Positions 45,334 to 55,774 of a DNA stretch of 64,000 nucleotides are shown here, piece after piece. How positions within the stretch are numbered: position 1 is the first letter of the stretch; each line of letters begins with the position of its first letter. This stretch comes from Candidatus Zixiibacteriota bacterium (lineage in GTDB: Bacteria > Zixibacteria > MSB-5A5 > GN15 > FEB-12). The notes below the pieces were generated by a model. That model saw only the letters and a list, made by a program, of their open reading frames with translations, did not search any database and was not told the origin of the DNA. The DNA lies in the NCBI GenBank assembly GCA_022571985.1, contig JACZWU010000002.1, positions 360,136-424,135 of the forward strand, read 5' to 3'. The translations under genes were made by a program, and so were the position numbers.

Positions 45334-47730
45334 TTAGTCCAGTATTGTCCTGAAATGAGGGTCAAGTCTGGCCTCTTTTTCTGTGGGGCCATCATGTCTC
45401 AGGAATGATTCATGCAAAAACTCTCTGCTTTTTTCGACTTCGCCTATTACCGCATAAGCTTTTGAAAAGGAGTAGAGGACTTCACCGTGTTCTATATCGC
45501 CAGTTTGAAATCGGTTGGCCAGTTCCAAGGCCTTTTCTTTCTGCCCCATAGAGGCCAGCGCAAGAGCTTTGAAGGACGACAGATGTTCGCTTTGTTCTTT
45601 CGTATCTTCCTGCTGTTCAGTAATTTTCAGCACATTCTCGAATTGTACTTGAGCTTCAGCTTCGTTGCCTTCGAGCTGCTCACTAAGACCGAGATAATAG
45701 TGCGCGGCAAATGTCAACTGCCCTTGCTCTATAGATTGCTTGAACATTTCTTTGGCGATATCATAGTCTCCCTGAAGGATATAAACATAGCCGGCATCAA
45801 TGAAACAGTTGGGGTCACCTTGATATTTTATCCCTAACAGGAAATTATCCAAGGCCAAGTCTGACACGCCAAGTTTCATATATACATCACCGAGATTATA
45901 ATAGGCGCGGCCATAATCGGGCCCCAGTTCGACTGCTCTTTGAAGTGTCGCCATGGCAAGTGTGTATTTTCTTGAGTCCATATGAACCATGCTGAGTAGC
46001 AGCAGAGTTTCCAAATCTGTCGGAGCAAGTTCGAGCGCTTGGCGTGACCAGTTTAAGGCGTCATCAAGACTTCCCTCTGAAAGTTTAAGCCAGCCCAGAG
46101 TCCGGTAGCCTATGGCGTATTTTGGGTCGTGTTTGACAGCAGTCATTAAGGCTTTTTCTGCTTCTTTATTTTTTCCGGTAAACATGTAATACCTGCCCAG
46201 CGAACGATGAGCCTCAGGAAGAGTTGGATTAATCTCCATAGCTTTTTCAGCTTCTAATTTAGCGGCCAGAATTGTCCGGGGGCTTCTGTCGTAGAAGGCC
46301 ATATATTGAAATGCATAAACATCGGCTAAGCCGGTATGGGCCAGCGCCATTTTTGCATCCAAATTCACAGCTTTTTTAAACATATCTGCAGCAAACAGCA
46401 AATCTTCTTGCCTATTTGTTTTATAGTAGTTGCGCCCTTTAAGGTAAAAGTCATAGGCCGATATATCCGGCGTCTCAGAGGCAGCCAGTTCTCTGGCTGG
46501 AGAACCGGTCACTTCAGATAAAACCTGGGCGACATCGGCAGCTGCTCTTGAGAGAATATCAAAAAGTTCATCACCGGATCCTTCATGTTTCTTGTTGGCT
46601 ATTAATTCTTCGCCTCCACTTGAGTGAATAGCCAGGGTCAGTTGAATCCTCTCTTTCCATTTCATCAGTGAACCGGTAATTACAAAGTCGGTGCGGCAGC
46701 GGTTAAATACTTCTTTTATGTCCCGCGGTATCTCGGTGTCAGGCTGAGGGGAGACTACCAAATCTGTGCGTTGTTTTAGTTCATTGATTACATCATCTGT
46801 GAAACCTTCACAAAAGTATCCCCAGGACTCGTCACCCGAACGGTTTTTCAAATCCAATACGGTTACAGATTTTTGTTTCTTGTTAACAGCCAGACTCGAT
46901 TTGGAGTCACCCGAGGCTGCAAATTTTTCCAGATAATCCACTGTTGCTTCTATATTCTCAAAGCGGTCGTCAGGATTTTTCTGGAGTAATTTGATTATAA
47001 AGTCGCTTAACCATTCGGGAACTTCGGGATTAATTGCCGATGGATTTTCCGGATCTTCATATAAAGTCGAATAAATTGAGGAAGCTGTATAATCTCCGCC
47101 GAATGGTCTTTCGCCGGTAAAAAGCTCAAACAAGACAACGCCGTAGCTGAACAGGTCAGATGATGAAGTAGCAGGTTCACCTGAGAGCTGCTCCGGTGAG
47201 GCATAGGCTACAGTCCCTTCTACATTACCGCTTGAGTCTATAGTTTCACCCGGGGTAACTTCGACCGCCAGGCCAAAATCAAGAATCTTGGCATCTCCGG
47301 CGGGTGTAACTTTTATATTTTCCGGCTTTAAATCTCTGTGGATAACATTGTACTGGTGGGCAGACATTATCCCTTTGGCTATTTTCAGTGACAGGTCCAG
47401 CTTTTTGTCGATTTTACTGTCATCTGAGTCTATGACCGAACGCAGATCATCCCCTTCAACATATTCAAGCGAGATATAGGGGCGGTCGTCGATTTCTGCA
47501 TACTCAAAGACTTTGACAACATAGGGTGAGCTGAGCTGAGCCGATTTTTTGGCTTCAGCAGCCAGCTTAGAGCGGTATTCTTCGGATTTGGAAAGATTTT
47601 CGTTAACTATTTTGAGGGCTACCGTCCTGCCGAGCTCGGAATCAAGGGCTTTATAAACAGTGCCCATGCCGCCGCGGCCAAGAACTTCAATTATTTTGTA
47701 TTTGCCAAATATTTCGCCTGGAGTTAGCAT
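45334..47730 (-). CDS. Cytoplasmic Ser/Thr protein kinase + TolB-N-like domain + TPR repeats
   Basis: GRGGMGTVYKA, HRDLKPENIKV, DFGLA and YASPEQ. These are followed by VTVLDLKNRSGDESWGYFCEGFTDDVINEL and a long TPR array. No TM segment is seen. Confidence 0.85.
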   Translation of the reverse strand: MLTPGEIFGKYKIIEVLGRGGMGTVYKALDSELGRTVALKIVNENLSKSEEYRSKLAAEAKKSAQLSSPYVVKVFEYAEIDDRPYISLEYVEGDDLRSVIDSDDSKIDKKLDLSLKIAKGIMSAHQYNVIHRDLKPENIKVTPAGDAKILDFGLAVEVTPGETIDSSGNVEGTVAYASPEQLSGEPATSSSDLFSYGVVLFELFTGERPFGGDYTASSIYSTLYEDPENPSAINPEVPEWLSDFIIKLLQKNPDDRFENIEATVDYLEKFAASGDSKSSLAVNKKQKSVTVLDLKNRSGDESWGYFCEGFTDDVINELKQRTDLVVSPQPDTEIPRDIKEVFNRCRTDFVITGSLMKWKERIQLTLAIHSSGGEELIANKKHEGSGDELFDILSRAAADVAQVLSEVTGSPARELAASETPDISAYDFYLKGRNYYKTNRQEDLLFAADMFKKAVNLDAKMALAHTGLADVYAFQYMAFYDRSPRTILAAKLEAEKAMEINPTLPEAHRSLGRYYMFTGKNKEAEKALMTAVKHDPKYAIGYRTLGWLKLSEGSLDDALNWSRQALELAPTDLETLLLLSMVHMDSRKYTLAMATLQRAVELGPDYGRAYYNLGDVYMKLGVSDLALDNFLLGIKYQGDPNCFIDAGYVYILQGDYDIAKEMFKQSIEQGQLTFAAHYYLGLSEQLEGNEAEAQVQFENVLKITEQQEDTKEQSEHLSSFKALALASMGQKEKALELANRFQTGDIEHGEVLYSFSKAYAVIGEVEKSREFLHESFLRHDGPTEKEARLDPHFRTILD

Positions 47731-47846
47731 TTTCTCATTCAGTTAGTATATTATATTTTGATTAGAGTCTACTTCTTTTCAGAATAAAGTATATACTTAT
47801 TTTGAAGAATTGGTTACAATTTTTCTTTTCTTGGAGATAAAGGCGA

Positions 47847-49136
47847 ATGGCAGACAGGGCTGAAAGAGAATTAGAACGGCTGCGGAGTGCAGTCTCAGAA
47901 TTATCGAGTCTCAACGAAATAGCATCTGCGATAAATTCTTCGATGTCCGTTGATAAGATTACTTCGATTATCGTAGACAAGTGTCTGAAACATACTAATG
48001 CCTCCCAGGGTGCTATTTTTATGCTGGAAGAGGATCAGCCCGAAGGAGAAGGCAGCCAATTTACGACATTTGTGAGGAAGATGCAGGACTCTCGTGAAGA
48101 TATTCCATTTCACTTAAATATGAGTCTGGCTGGCTGGATGCTAAAAAATAAGCGTATTTTGATAATTAATGAGGACGACGGCGAGCATCCGTTATCCGGT
48201 CTTGATTTCGCGAAACTGGGAATCCGGTCGATCGTTGCTTCGCCTCTGTTATCTAAAAATGGTCTCATTGGCGTTCTGGCAATTTTTAATAAACGCGGCG
48301 AAGAAGGATTCACTTCAAATGACCAGCGATTTTTGGGAATAGTAGGCACTCAATGTGCGCAGGCTTTAGAGGGCGCACGCCTTTACGTTCAAGAGAGAAA
48401 ACTAATAGCAATAAATGAAGAACTGGGCATTGCTAAATCTATCCAGGAAGGGTTTTTGCCGAAGCCCGAATTGATCAAACATATCAAACATTGCTATGGC
48501 ATGAATATTCCGGCCAAGGAAATTGGCGGTGATTTTTTTGACATCGTTGACAGAGGCAACGACGAAGTGTTTCTTTCAATCGGCGACGTAGTAGGTAAAG
48601 GCGTACCGGCTGCCCTTTTGATGGCCAACACTCAGGCGGTACTGCGCTCTCATCTTCATAATAAAACGAAGCTGGACTTAGCCGATTTGGCGGTCAATCT
48701 TAATCATCTGGTTTGTCAGTTCACCAACCCGGGGCAGTTTATAACCGGCCTGTTCGGTGTTCTGGATAATAAAAATAAGAAATTCAGTTTTGTTAACGCC
48801 GGTCATCACATGCCCCTAATTGCTAACAACGGAAAGATTATAAAGCAGACAATGGAGCCGGATTTGGTCTTCGGAGTGATGCAGGGCATAGGCTTTAAAT
48901 TGAATGAGATAGACGTACCGGAGAATTCAACAATGTTGCTGTATACTGACGGAATAAGCGAAGCTCAAAATGAGACGGACGAGCAGTTTGGCGACGACCG
49001 CATTGATAAGCTGCTGCTTGAATCGGCAGATAATCCGGCAGACAAAATTTGTGAAAAGTTCTTAGATGAGCTCAATATTTTCAAAGGGAAAGCGGACCAG
49101 GCTGACGATATTACAATAGTAGTTGCCAAGACTTAA
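47847..49136 (+). CDS. GAF domain + PP2C/SpoIIE-family Ser/Thr phosphatase
   Basis: The GAF-like N-terminal half, then PAKEIGGDFFDIV, GDVVGKGVPAALLMA, LLLYTDGISEAQN and ADDITIVV. Confidence 0.85.
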   Translation: MADRAERELERLRSAVSELSSLNEIASAINSSMSVDKITSIIVDKCLKHTNASQGAIFMLEEDQPEGEGSQFTTFVRKMQDSREDIPFHLNMSLAGWMLKNKRILIINEDDGEHPLSGLDFAKLGIRSIVASPLLSKNGLIGVLAIFNKRGEEGFTSNDQRFLGIVGTQCAQALEGARLYVQERKLIAINEELGIAKSIQEGFLPKPELIKHIKHCYGMNIPAKEIGGDFFDIVDRGNDEVFLSIGDVVGKGVPAALLMANTQAVLRSHLHNKTKLDLADLAVNLNHLVCQFTNPGQFITGLFGVLDNKNKKFSFVNAGHHMPLIANNGKIIKQTMEPDLVFGVMQGIGFKLNEIDVPENSTMLLYTDGISEAQNETDEQFGDDRIDKLLLESADNPADKICEKFLDELNIFKGKADQADDITIVVAKT

Positions 49137-49325
49137 GGCAATTTATCTCTAAATTCCATTTCGCCCAGTATTTCAGCAGTTTTTATTAAGATAATTCAGT
49201 CTAAACGAACGCCCAATTTGTGAGTGCTTGTCTCATAATGTTGAGTTTTCAGACAATAACTTTTTCAGGGAATTTGTCGATAATCATATGAGAAACGTTT
49301 AACAGCCGTGGAATTACAGAATAAA

Positions 49326-50780
49326 ATGAATGAATTTACATATGACCTTATCGTAATAGGCTCCGGACCCGCCGGACAAAGAGCCGCCATTCAGGCTGCA
49401 AAATTAGGTAAAAAAATAGTCTTAATTGAAATGAAAAACGTGGTCGGCGGCGTCTGCACAAATACCGGCACTATTCCCAGTAAGACTTTAAGGGAAGCAG
49501 TGATGCATCTTTCCGGTTATCGCGAAAGAAGCATTTACGGTTCTTCGTATGCTGTCAAGCAAGCAGTTACTATGGAAGACCTGCTCTTTAGAACAAATCA
49601 GGTGACAAGGCATGAAATAGACATAATCAAACATCAGCTTTCTCGCAACGGTGTTGAGCTAATTTATGCTAAAGCTGCTCTTATTGATTCACACATGGTT
49701 GCGGCCAGTTCGGATACTGGAGAAGGTCAAAGAATCTTATCAACAGACAAAATTGTCATTGCTACCGGAACCAGAGCAACCAAGGTCCCAAGCATTCCGT
49801 TTAACGGACAAAACGTATTTACCAGCGACGATATACTTACCATAAAAAGCGTGCCCAAATCGCTGGTGGTGGTCGGTGCCGGTGTGATTGGCTGTGAGTA
49901 CGCCTGTATGTTTGCCACTCTGGGTGTCAGGGTGACGTTAATAGACAAGAGAGAGCGCTTGCTGCCATTTGTTGATAATGAAATCTCAGATACGCTGGCT
50001 TATCAGCTCAGGCAGCAGCGAGTGATTTTAAGGCTGGGCGAAGAAGTCAGCAATCTTAAAGTGGAAAAGACAGAAACTGGTTCTATAGCTTGTTTAAGTT
50101 TAAAAAGCGGCAAAAAAGTTGCAGCCGAGGCAGTTCTCTATAGTATTGGTCGCAGCGGCAATACTGAAGATCTCAATCTCGAAGCAGTCGGTTTGTCTGC
50201 AGACGACAGAGGCAGAATAAAAGTCAATAACAGCTATCAAACTGAAGTTCCAAATATCTACGCGGTTGGAGATGTAATAGGCTTTCCCAGTCTCGCTTCG
50301 ACTTCGATGGAGCAGGGAAGAATAGCTGCCTGCAACGCTTTCGACCACCCGTATATTTCCATGCCGGAATTTTTCCCCTACGGAATTTATACTATTCCTG
50401 AAATTTCTATGGTGGGGCAGACCGAAGAAGAACTTACCCAAGCAGGCGTGCCTTACGAGATGGGACGTGCGGCCTACCGAGAAATCGCGCGAGGCCAGAT
50501 TATTGGCGACCAGACCGGCATCCTCAAAATTTTATTTCACGCCGAAACACGTAAGCTCTTAGGTGTTCATATTTTGGGAGAAGGCGCCAGCGAGTTAGTT
50601 CATATTGGCCAGGCCGTGATGTCTCACAACGGGTCGATAGACTATTTCATAAATTCTGTATTTAACTTTCCGACTTTAGCCGAATGTTACAAGACTGCAG
50701 CCTTTGACGGTATCAACAGACTGGGTCATTCTCCGAGTGTTGCTGAAGTTGACGAGCAGCCGGTAGCAGAAACTACTTAG
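49326..50780 (+). CDS. sthA: Soluble pyridine nucleotide transhydrogenase (SthA/UdhA-type flavoprotein)
   Basis: YDLIVIGSGPAGQRAA and GGVCTNTGTIPSKTLRE. The second redox Cys is replaced by Thr, as in SthA. VVVGAGVIGCEYA and the C-terminal dimerisation domain are present. I moved the start to ATG 49326 (MNEFTYD). Confidence 0.7.
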   Translation: MNEFTYDLIVIGSGPAGQRAAIQAAKLGKKIVLIEMKNVVGGVCTNTGTIPSKTLREAVMHLSGYRERSIYGSSYAVKQAVTMEDLLFRTNQVTRHEIDIIKHQLSRNGVELIYAKAALIDSHMVAASSDTGEGQRILSTDKIVIATGTRATKVPSIPFNGQNVFTSDDILTIKSVPKSLVVVGAGVIGCEYACMFATLGVRVTLIDKRERLLPFVDNEISDTLAYQLRQQRVILRLGEEVSNLKVEKTETGSIACLSLKSGKKVAAEAVLYSIGRSGNTEDLNLEAVGLSADDRGRIKVNNSYQTEVPNIYAVGDVIGFPSLASTSMEQGRIAACNAFDHPYISMPEFFPYGIYTIPEISMVGQTEEELTQAGVPYEMGRAAYREIARGQIIGDQTGILKILFHAETRKLLGVHILGEGASELVHIGQAVMSHNGSIDYFINSVFNFPTLAECYKTAAFDGINRLGHSPSVAEVDEQPVAETT

Positions 50781-50844
50781 CCTCAAAGCAGATTAAACTA
50801 ATAGGATTAATCCCAATATTTGAAACTGATCGTTTGGTCAAGTT

Positions 50845-53139
50845 CTAAGTAGATTTGTGAAGTCCGAGTATATTCAGCAGTGACATTAGTTTGGAGTCTT
50901 CTCGCAAATTCTTGTAGTACGGCATGCAGGTCATATAAATTAATTCGTAGTCATGTTTTCTAAGTGCGGTTTCGAAATAAGGGAGTGCAATTTCACTCTT
51001 TCCAAGGTCAAAATTTAGAAGTCCGAGATAAGAAGGAGGTATCTCCTTCTCATTTGCCAATTTCTCGACTATTCTCAAAGCTGACTCTGTTTTGTCCTGT
51101 TGGTCTAGCAAAGCATACAGATGTCCCCACATAGTTACAGCCCAGGGACTGTCTTCTGTTAATTGACGGGCTTTCTTAAGTAGGTCTTGTGCTTTCTCCA
51201 ATTTTCCCTGATCGAAATAGACGAATGCAAGAAATATGAAGGTTGCCTCATTTTCACTGCCCTGTTCAACAGCCTTTTCGAGTAGAGCTGCGCTTTTTTC
51301 GAGTTGGCCTTTCTTATGACAAAATATACTATACATGGTCATAGCTATTTCTGAAAGCGGGTCAAGCTCTAAAGCACGCTTGAAACAGATTTCAGATTCA
51401 ATGTCCTCGTTTAAGAACATCAACAATTCGCCATACCATTGATGGGCTATTGGATAGCTGGGGGATAGCTTTTTAGCTTTCTCAAACCAATCCCGGGCAG
51501 TTTCCCAATCCCAGTCTGCGTTAGTTGCAATGCCGCCCAGGGTGGCATAGGCCTCACCTAGATCTGGGTCTATTTCCAGAGCCTTTAGGGCTTCTCTTAT
51601 TGCTCTGGCGATAGAGGGAAGAGCTGGCTCAAATTCATAGGCATATTGGATAAAATATGTATCAGCAAGACCGGCGACTGCCAAAGCATAACCGGGATCA
51701 ATTTTAATCGCCGCCTGAAAATTTTCCAGAGCCTGTCTTAAAGAACTCTTTGTGCGCTGGTTCAAAAAGTATCGGCCTTTCAGATACAGTTCATACGCTT
51801 CTAGATTGTCGCTGCGACGCCGTGACCTGACTTCAGTCTGATTGGCATTCAACTGAATTTTCAAACTCTCCACAATCTGGTGAGTTATTTCATCCTGAAT
51901 GGCAAAGACATCCTTAAACTCTCGGTCGTATCTTTCAGACCAGAGATGATAGCCATCTGATACTTTTATTAACTGGGCAGTTACTCTAATCTGTCCGCCG
52001 GCTCTTTGCACGCTGCCCTCCAGCAGATAGCTGACTCCAAGTTTACGTCCGATAGAGCGAATATCTTCATTTTTCCCCTTAAAAGCAAAAGCGGAGGTTC
52101 TTGCCACTACTTTCAGGACGGCAATCTGAGAGAGGTCATTGATTATATCTTCAGCAATGCCGTCACAGAAGAATTCCTGCTCCGGGCTGGCGCTTAGATT
52201 TGCAAACGGAAGTACTGCTATTGATGTCTGCTTTGCTGCTTTTCCTCTGGCAGCTAATTCTCCTGACAAGCTGTTTAGACAATCTGCTAATTCGGCTTTG
52301 GTTGCTGAAGCATCTTTCGGTCGTCTATCGCGGTCTTTTTCCAAAAGTGCAGAAATGATTCTGCCAAAACAGTCTGGCATGTCAGGAACATGATTTAGAA
52401 CAGGCTCCGGTGAATAATTCATTATAGCATTAATTGTCGCTGCCTGGTTTTCCTTTTTAAACGGAGACAGACCGCTGACCATTTCATATAGTACTACTCC
52501 TAAAGAAAACAGATCCGATCTATTATCTAAGTCCTTAGCTTCTACTTGCTCGGGAGACATATAGGCGATTGTGCCTTGGGTTGTGCCGGTTTTAGTCAAA
52601 TCCGATTCATCTAAAATAGAAGCTATGCCAAAGTCCAGAATGCGTGGTCTCTGGTTGTTATCCATGACAATATTGGCAGGCTTGAGATCCCGGTGGACTA
52701 TCTTATGCCTGTGGATTTCAGCCAGCGCCTCACATAGCTGGCAGGCGATTTCCAGAGTTTGCTTTGATGAAATAGGCCGCTCTTCAATTAAGTCAGCAAT
52801 AGTTTTTCCTTCCAAATATTCCATCGCAAAAAAGGGACGATCCATAAACAGTCCTACCTCGAAGATTGTAACTATATTCGGATGGTTAAGTCTGGCAGCG
52901 GCGCGGGCTTCACGTTCAAAGCGATTTTTAAGCTCTTCATTTGAGGAATGTATGGAAGAGAGGAATTTCAGGGCGACTTTTCGTTCAAGAGCTTTGTCGT
53001 TTGCCAGATATACTTCACCCATGCCACCTTGGCCGAGCCGCTTGATTATTTCGTAATGTGAAACCAGCGTCCCTTCTGTCAAAATGACATGGTCTTTGGT
53101 TTTTTCTTCTTCGCTGCCGCGCTTGCTCATAAGCTCCAA
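50845..53139 (-). CDS. Cytoplasmic Ser/Thr protein kinase + TolB-N-like domain + TPR repeats
   Basis: GQGGMGEVYLA, HRDLKPANIVM, DFGIA and YMSPEQ. These are followed by IAVLPFANLSASPEQEFFCDGIAEDIINDLSQI...YLLEGSVQRAGGQIRVTAQLI and a TPR array. Confidence 0.85.
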   Translation of the reverse strand: MELMSKRGSEEEKTKDHVILTEGTLVSHYEIIKRLGQGGMGEVYLANDKALERKVALKFLSSIHSSNEELKNRFEREARAAARLNHPNIVTIFEVGLFMDRPFFAMEYLEGKTIADLIEERPISSKQTLEIACQLCEALAEIHRHKIVHRDLKPANIVMDNNQRPRILDFGIASILDESDLTKTGTTQGTIAYMSPEQVEAKDLDNRSDLFSLGVVLYEMVSGLSPFKKENQAATINAIMNYSPEPVLNHVPDMPDCFGRIISALLEKDRDRRPKDASATKAELADCLNSLSGELAARGKAAKQTSIAVLPFANLSASPEQEFFCDGIAEDIINDLSQIAVLKVVARTSAFAFKGKNEDIRSIGRKLGVSYLLEGSVQRAGGQIRVTAQLIKVSDGYHLWSERYDREFKDVFAIQDEITHQIVESLKIQLNANQTEVRSRRRSDNLEAYELYLKGRYFLNQRTKSSLRQALENFQAAIKIDPGYALAVAGLADTYFIQYAYEFEPALPSIARAIREALKALEIDPDLGEAYATLGGIATNADWDWETARDWFEKAKKLSPSYPIAHQWYGELLMFLNEDIESEICFKRALELDPLSEIAMTMYSIFCHKKGQLEKSAALLEKAVEQGSENEATFIFLAFVYFDQGKLEKAQDLLKKARQLTEDSPWAVTMWGHLYALLDQQDKTESALRIVEKLANEKEIPPSYLGLLNFDLGKSEIALPYFETALRKHDYELIYMTCMPYYKNLREDSKLMSLLNILGLHKST

Positions 53140-53299
53140 TTGTCGGAATGAAACGATTTATCAATAATTTTTTCTAAAGAGAATATAAGAAATCTCATTA
53201 GTGAACTGAAAGCTAATAATTTGAAAAGGTGGAGAGACCGAATAATAATTGAATAGAGTCTGGTGACTTTGTTGTGCCGGTATATTTCACCGGCGCCTG

Positions 53300-54355
53300 C
53301 TAGCCGGCCACAGGTACGCCCACATCAACGGCTAAGGCCTTAATGATTCCTCTGGGGATATTGGAAAGTGTTGTAACTTTGACGGAGGCTCCCAAATCCT
53401 CTGCCGCTTTGGGCATGCCGTAAACAATACAGGATGATTGATGCTCTGATATAGTATGTGCGCCACCTTTGCGCATGGCCAGCAGACCTTTGGCTCCGTC
53501 GGTTCCCATCCCGGTCAATAGTACGCCCACCGAGTTTCTACCTACTTCCTGGGCAACAGAGTTAAAAAGGATATCTACGGCTGGTTTTTGATGGTGAACG
53601 GGAGGTCCGTCTTTGAGACGTATCTTAAACTGCGACCCGCTTCGCTTCAGGAGCATATGAATTCCTCCGGGAGCAATCAGGGCTGTGCCGGTACGGACTA
53701 TATCGCCGTTTTTGGCTTCGCGTACTTCCATCTGGCAAACCTCGTTTAGCCGCTCAGCAAAAGAAGCAGTAAAGGATTTTGGCATATGCTGACAGATGAC
53801 TGTACCCGAAGTATTTTTGGGCAGGCCGGTAAGAACTTTTTCGATGGCAGTAGTGCCTCCTGTCGAAGCGCCGATGGCAAGAATACGGTGAGATGTTTCA
53901 ATCTGTTTGAGGTGATCAGACAGATCTTCGATGGACGAGCTTTCTTCAACTATTGTAGTTTTTAAATGGGCAGAAGCAGCCGCCCTGATAGCTCTGGCCA
54001 TATGCTTTTCGTTATCCGGAGTTGACATAGTTGAACCGGGTTTAGGAATAACTTCGATGGCTCCCAGTCTTAGAGCCCGCAAAGCAGCTTTGCTGTCTTT
54101 TGGAGTTAAAGAGCTGATAATGATTACAGGCAATGGGTGGTGTTTCATAAGCTTGCTTAAGAAACTTAGACCATCCATGCGCGGCATCTCAATATCAAGT
54201 GTCAAAACGTCCGGCTTAAGTGTCAGGATCTTGTCTCTGGCAACGTATGGGTCCATCGCCGTCCCGACAACTTTTATGTCTGAAAACTGTGATAGTTTTT
54301 CCGTCAAAACTTTTCTGACCAACGCCGAGTCGTCAACAATTAATACACGTATCAC
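53300..54355 (-). CDS. cheB: Chemotaxis response regulator protein-glutamate methylesterase CheB
   Basis: The REC domain (RVLIVDDSALVRK...DVLTLDIEMPRMDG) plus the CheB_methylest domain (ILAIGASTGGT, GVLLTGMGTDGA, SCIVYGMPKAA). Confidence 0.92.
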   Translation of the reverse strand: MIRVLIVDDSALVRKVLTEKLSQFSDIKVVGTAMDPYVARDKILTLKPDVLTLDIEMPRMDGLSFLSKLMKHHPLPVIIISSLTPKDSKAALRALRLGAIEVIPKPGSTMSTPDNEKHMARAIRAAASAHLKTTIVEESSSIEDLSDHLKQIETSHRILAIGASTGGTTAIEKVLTGLPKNTSGTVICQHMPKSFTASFAERLNEVCQMEVREAKNGDIVRTGTALIAPGGIHMLLKRSGSQFKIRLKDGPPVHHQKPAVDILFNSVAQEVGRNSVGVLLTGMGTDGAKGLLAMRKGGAHTISEHQSSCIVYGMPKAAEDLGASVKVTTLSNIPRGIIKALAVDVGVPVAG

Positions 54356-54357
54356 TG

Positions 54358-54843
54358 CTATACACCCTCAAGGATTTTGTCTGCAGTTTGGTCAACAAAT
54401 AAATTAATTTCGGCTCTGCCATCTTCAAGGCCAAGTTTTGCATCTGCCAAAAGATCCAGACCTGCCCCTTCTTGAGACTTTGAAACGGTATCCAAAGATT
54501 GGGGACTGGTCAGATGAAAAATCTCTTTTGAGCCGGCAATTCTGGGCAGGACATTGCCACAAATTACGTTGGCTATCTCACCGAGCGCATCCAGCGATAA
54601 AATATCAGACGATATTTCTTCACTGCCTGAAATATTCGAGGCCAGCTTCTCAGTCACAGCTCCATATACAGATACTTCTAATCTGCCCGTAAAGGGTCCA
54701 TCAAAAGTTATCATAACAGAAGCTTCACTCTTGGCTTCTCTTTGCTCTTTAGTGATCTCTTCATTGAGCAGCATCATGCCCAGATCTTCAAAAGTCTGAA
54801 CCGCTGCCTCCATCAAACTCTTCCGGCATTTTTCCTTCATCAT
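54358..54843 (-). CDS. cheX: CheX/CheC-like chemotaxis phosphatase
   Basis: The ~150-aa size and LDALGEIANVICGNVL (compare T. maritima CheX SAIGELGNMTAGKL as I recall it). It lies between cheY and cheB. The annotated start overlaps cheY by 56 nt, so the true start may be an internal Met. Confidence 0.55.
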   Translation of the reverse strand: MMKEKCRKSLMEAAVQTFEDLGMMLLNEEITKEQREAKSEASVMITFDGPFTGRLEVSVYGAVTEKLASNISGSEEISSDILSLDALGEIANVICGNVLPRIAGSKEIFHLTSPQSLDTVSKSQEGAGLDLLADAKLGLEDGRAEINLFVDQTADKILEGV

Positions 54844-55228
54844 GCGTTACTCCAGTTAATTCTTTTATGGTTTCTCTAAGTGTTGCTGGGTTGAAAGGTT
54901 TATGAACGAAACCTGCTCCCTTTTTCTGAAGCATTTCGATACGGGACTCGCTGCTTTCCGTAGAAACTACAATAATCGGCAGGTCTTTGGTCTGTTCATT
55001 CCCGCGAATCTCCTCTATCATCTCTTCGCCGTTCATGACAGGCATATTAATGTCTATCAAAGCCAGATCAATCCATTCCTGCTCCAGCACCTCCAACCCT
55101 TCCTGACCGTTTCCTGCTTCGCTGATTCTGCCTATCGGCAGACCACTAAGCTGCAGGGAACGGATAATCATTTTGCGCATTACCGCGCTATCATCAACTA
55201 CTAATACGTTAAGTGCCAAACTGTCCAC
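54788..55228 (-). CDS. cheY: CheY-like single-domain response regulator
   Basis: VLVVDDSAVMRKMI...DLALIDINMPVMNG...PIIVVSTE...GFVHKPFNPATL. Confidence 0.88.
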   Translation of the reverse strand: MDSLALNVLVVDDSAVMRKMIIRSLQLSGLPIGRISEAGNGQEGLEVLEQEWIDLALIDINMPVMNGEEMIEEIRGNEQTKDLPIIVVSTESSESRIEMLQKKGAGFVHKPFNPATLRETIKELTGVTHDEGKMPEEFDGGSGSDF

Positions 55229-55264
55229 CTCCTTCGCAAGCCAATTTGCCCTGTGATACTATCT

Positions 55265-55753
55265 TTATAAATTTGTTGTTTTACCTTTGCTTGATATTTT
55301 TACTCCACCGTCGCTCATTACAAGTGTCATAGTTCTGGGGTCTGTGCCGCCAACGTCGTGTTTATTTATCAAGACGCCGTTTTTCCAGAGAATTTTTCTT
55401 AAGGCTGTAAAATTCCTTCTGCCTATTTGAAACATATCTTTGTCAGGTTCCGTTTTAGTACTGGCTCCTCCGGCTACTTTTACTATCAAACGTTGTTTTT
55501 TTGCTCCCAGTTTATAGCAGGCTTTAAACAATAACGGCGTGCCGGCATCGACAAAAAATGTCGGTTTTTTGCCATTCTTTGCGTCTTTATCATCCTGGCT
55601 GGGCAAAAGAGCATGCAACATGCCGCCCACATTTGCTACCGGGTCATATAAAGTTATGCCAAGGCAGCTGCCCAGAGCGTGAGTGATTATCACGTCCTCC
55701 GGGCTTTTTGTAACGGCCATTTCACCAATGCCAATTGTCAATTGCATTTTCAA
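55265..55753 (-). CDS. cheD: Chemoreceptor glutamine deamidase CheD
   Basis: ALGSCLGITLYDPVANVGGMLHALLP contains the catalytic Cys context. The 162-aa size and operon position fit. Confidence 0.88.
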   Translation of the reverse strand: MKMQLTIGIGEMAVTKSPEDVIITHALGSCLGITLYDPVANVGGMLHALLPSQDDKDAKNGKKPTFFVDAGTPLLFKACYKLGAKKQRLIVKVAGGASTKTEPDKDMFQIGRRNFTALRKILWKNGVLINKHDVGGTDPRTMTLVMSDGGVKISSKGKTTNL

Positions 55754-55774
55754 TTGCTCCGAGTTGTTCGCTTG

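Noticed and set aside
54788-54843. The 56-nt overlap between cheY and the cheX-like ORF, as a possible programmed frameshift or fusion.
   Set aside because: Internal Met codons (M11, M23/24) give a normal-length CheX-like protein with little or no overlap. Both frames encode complete, separate domains.
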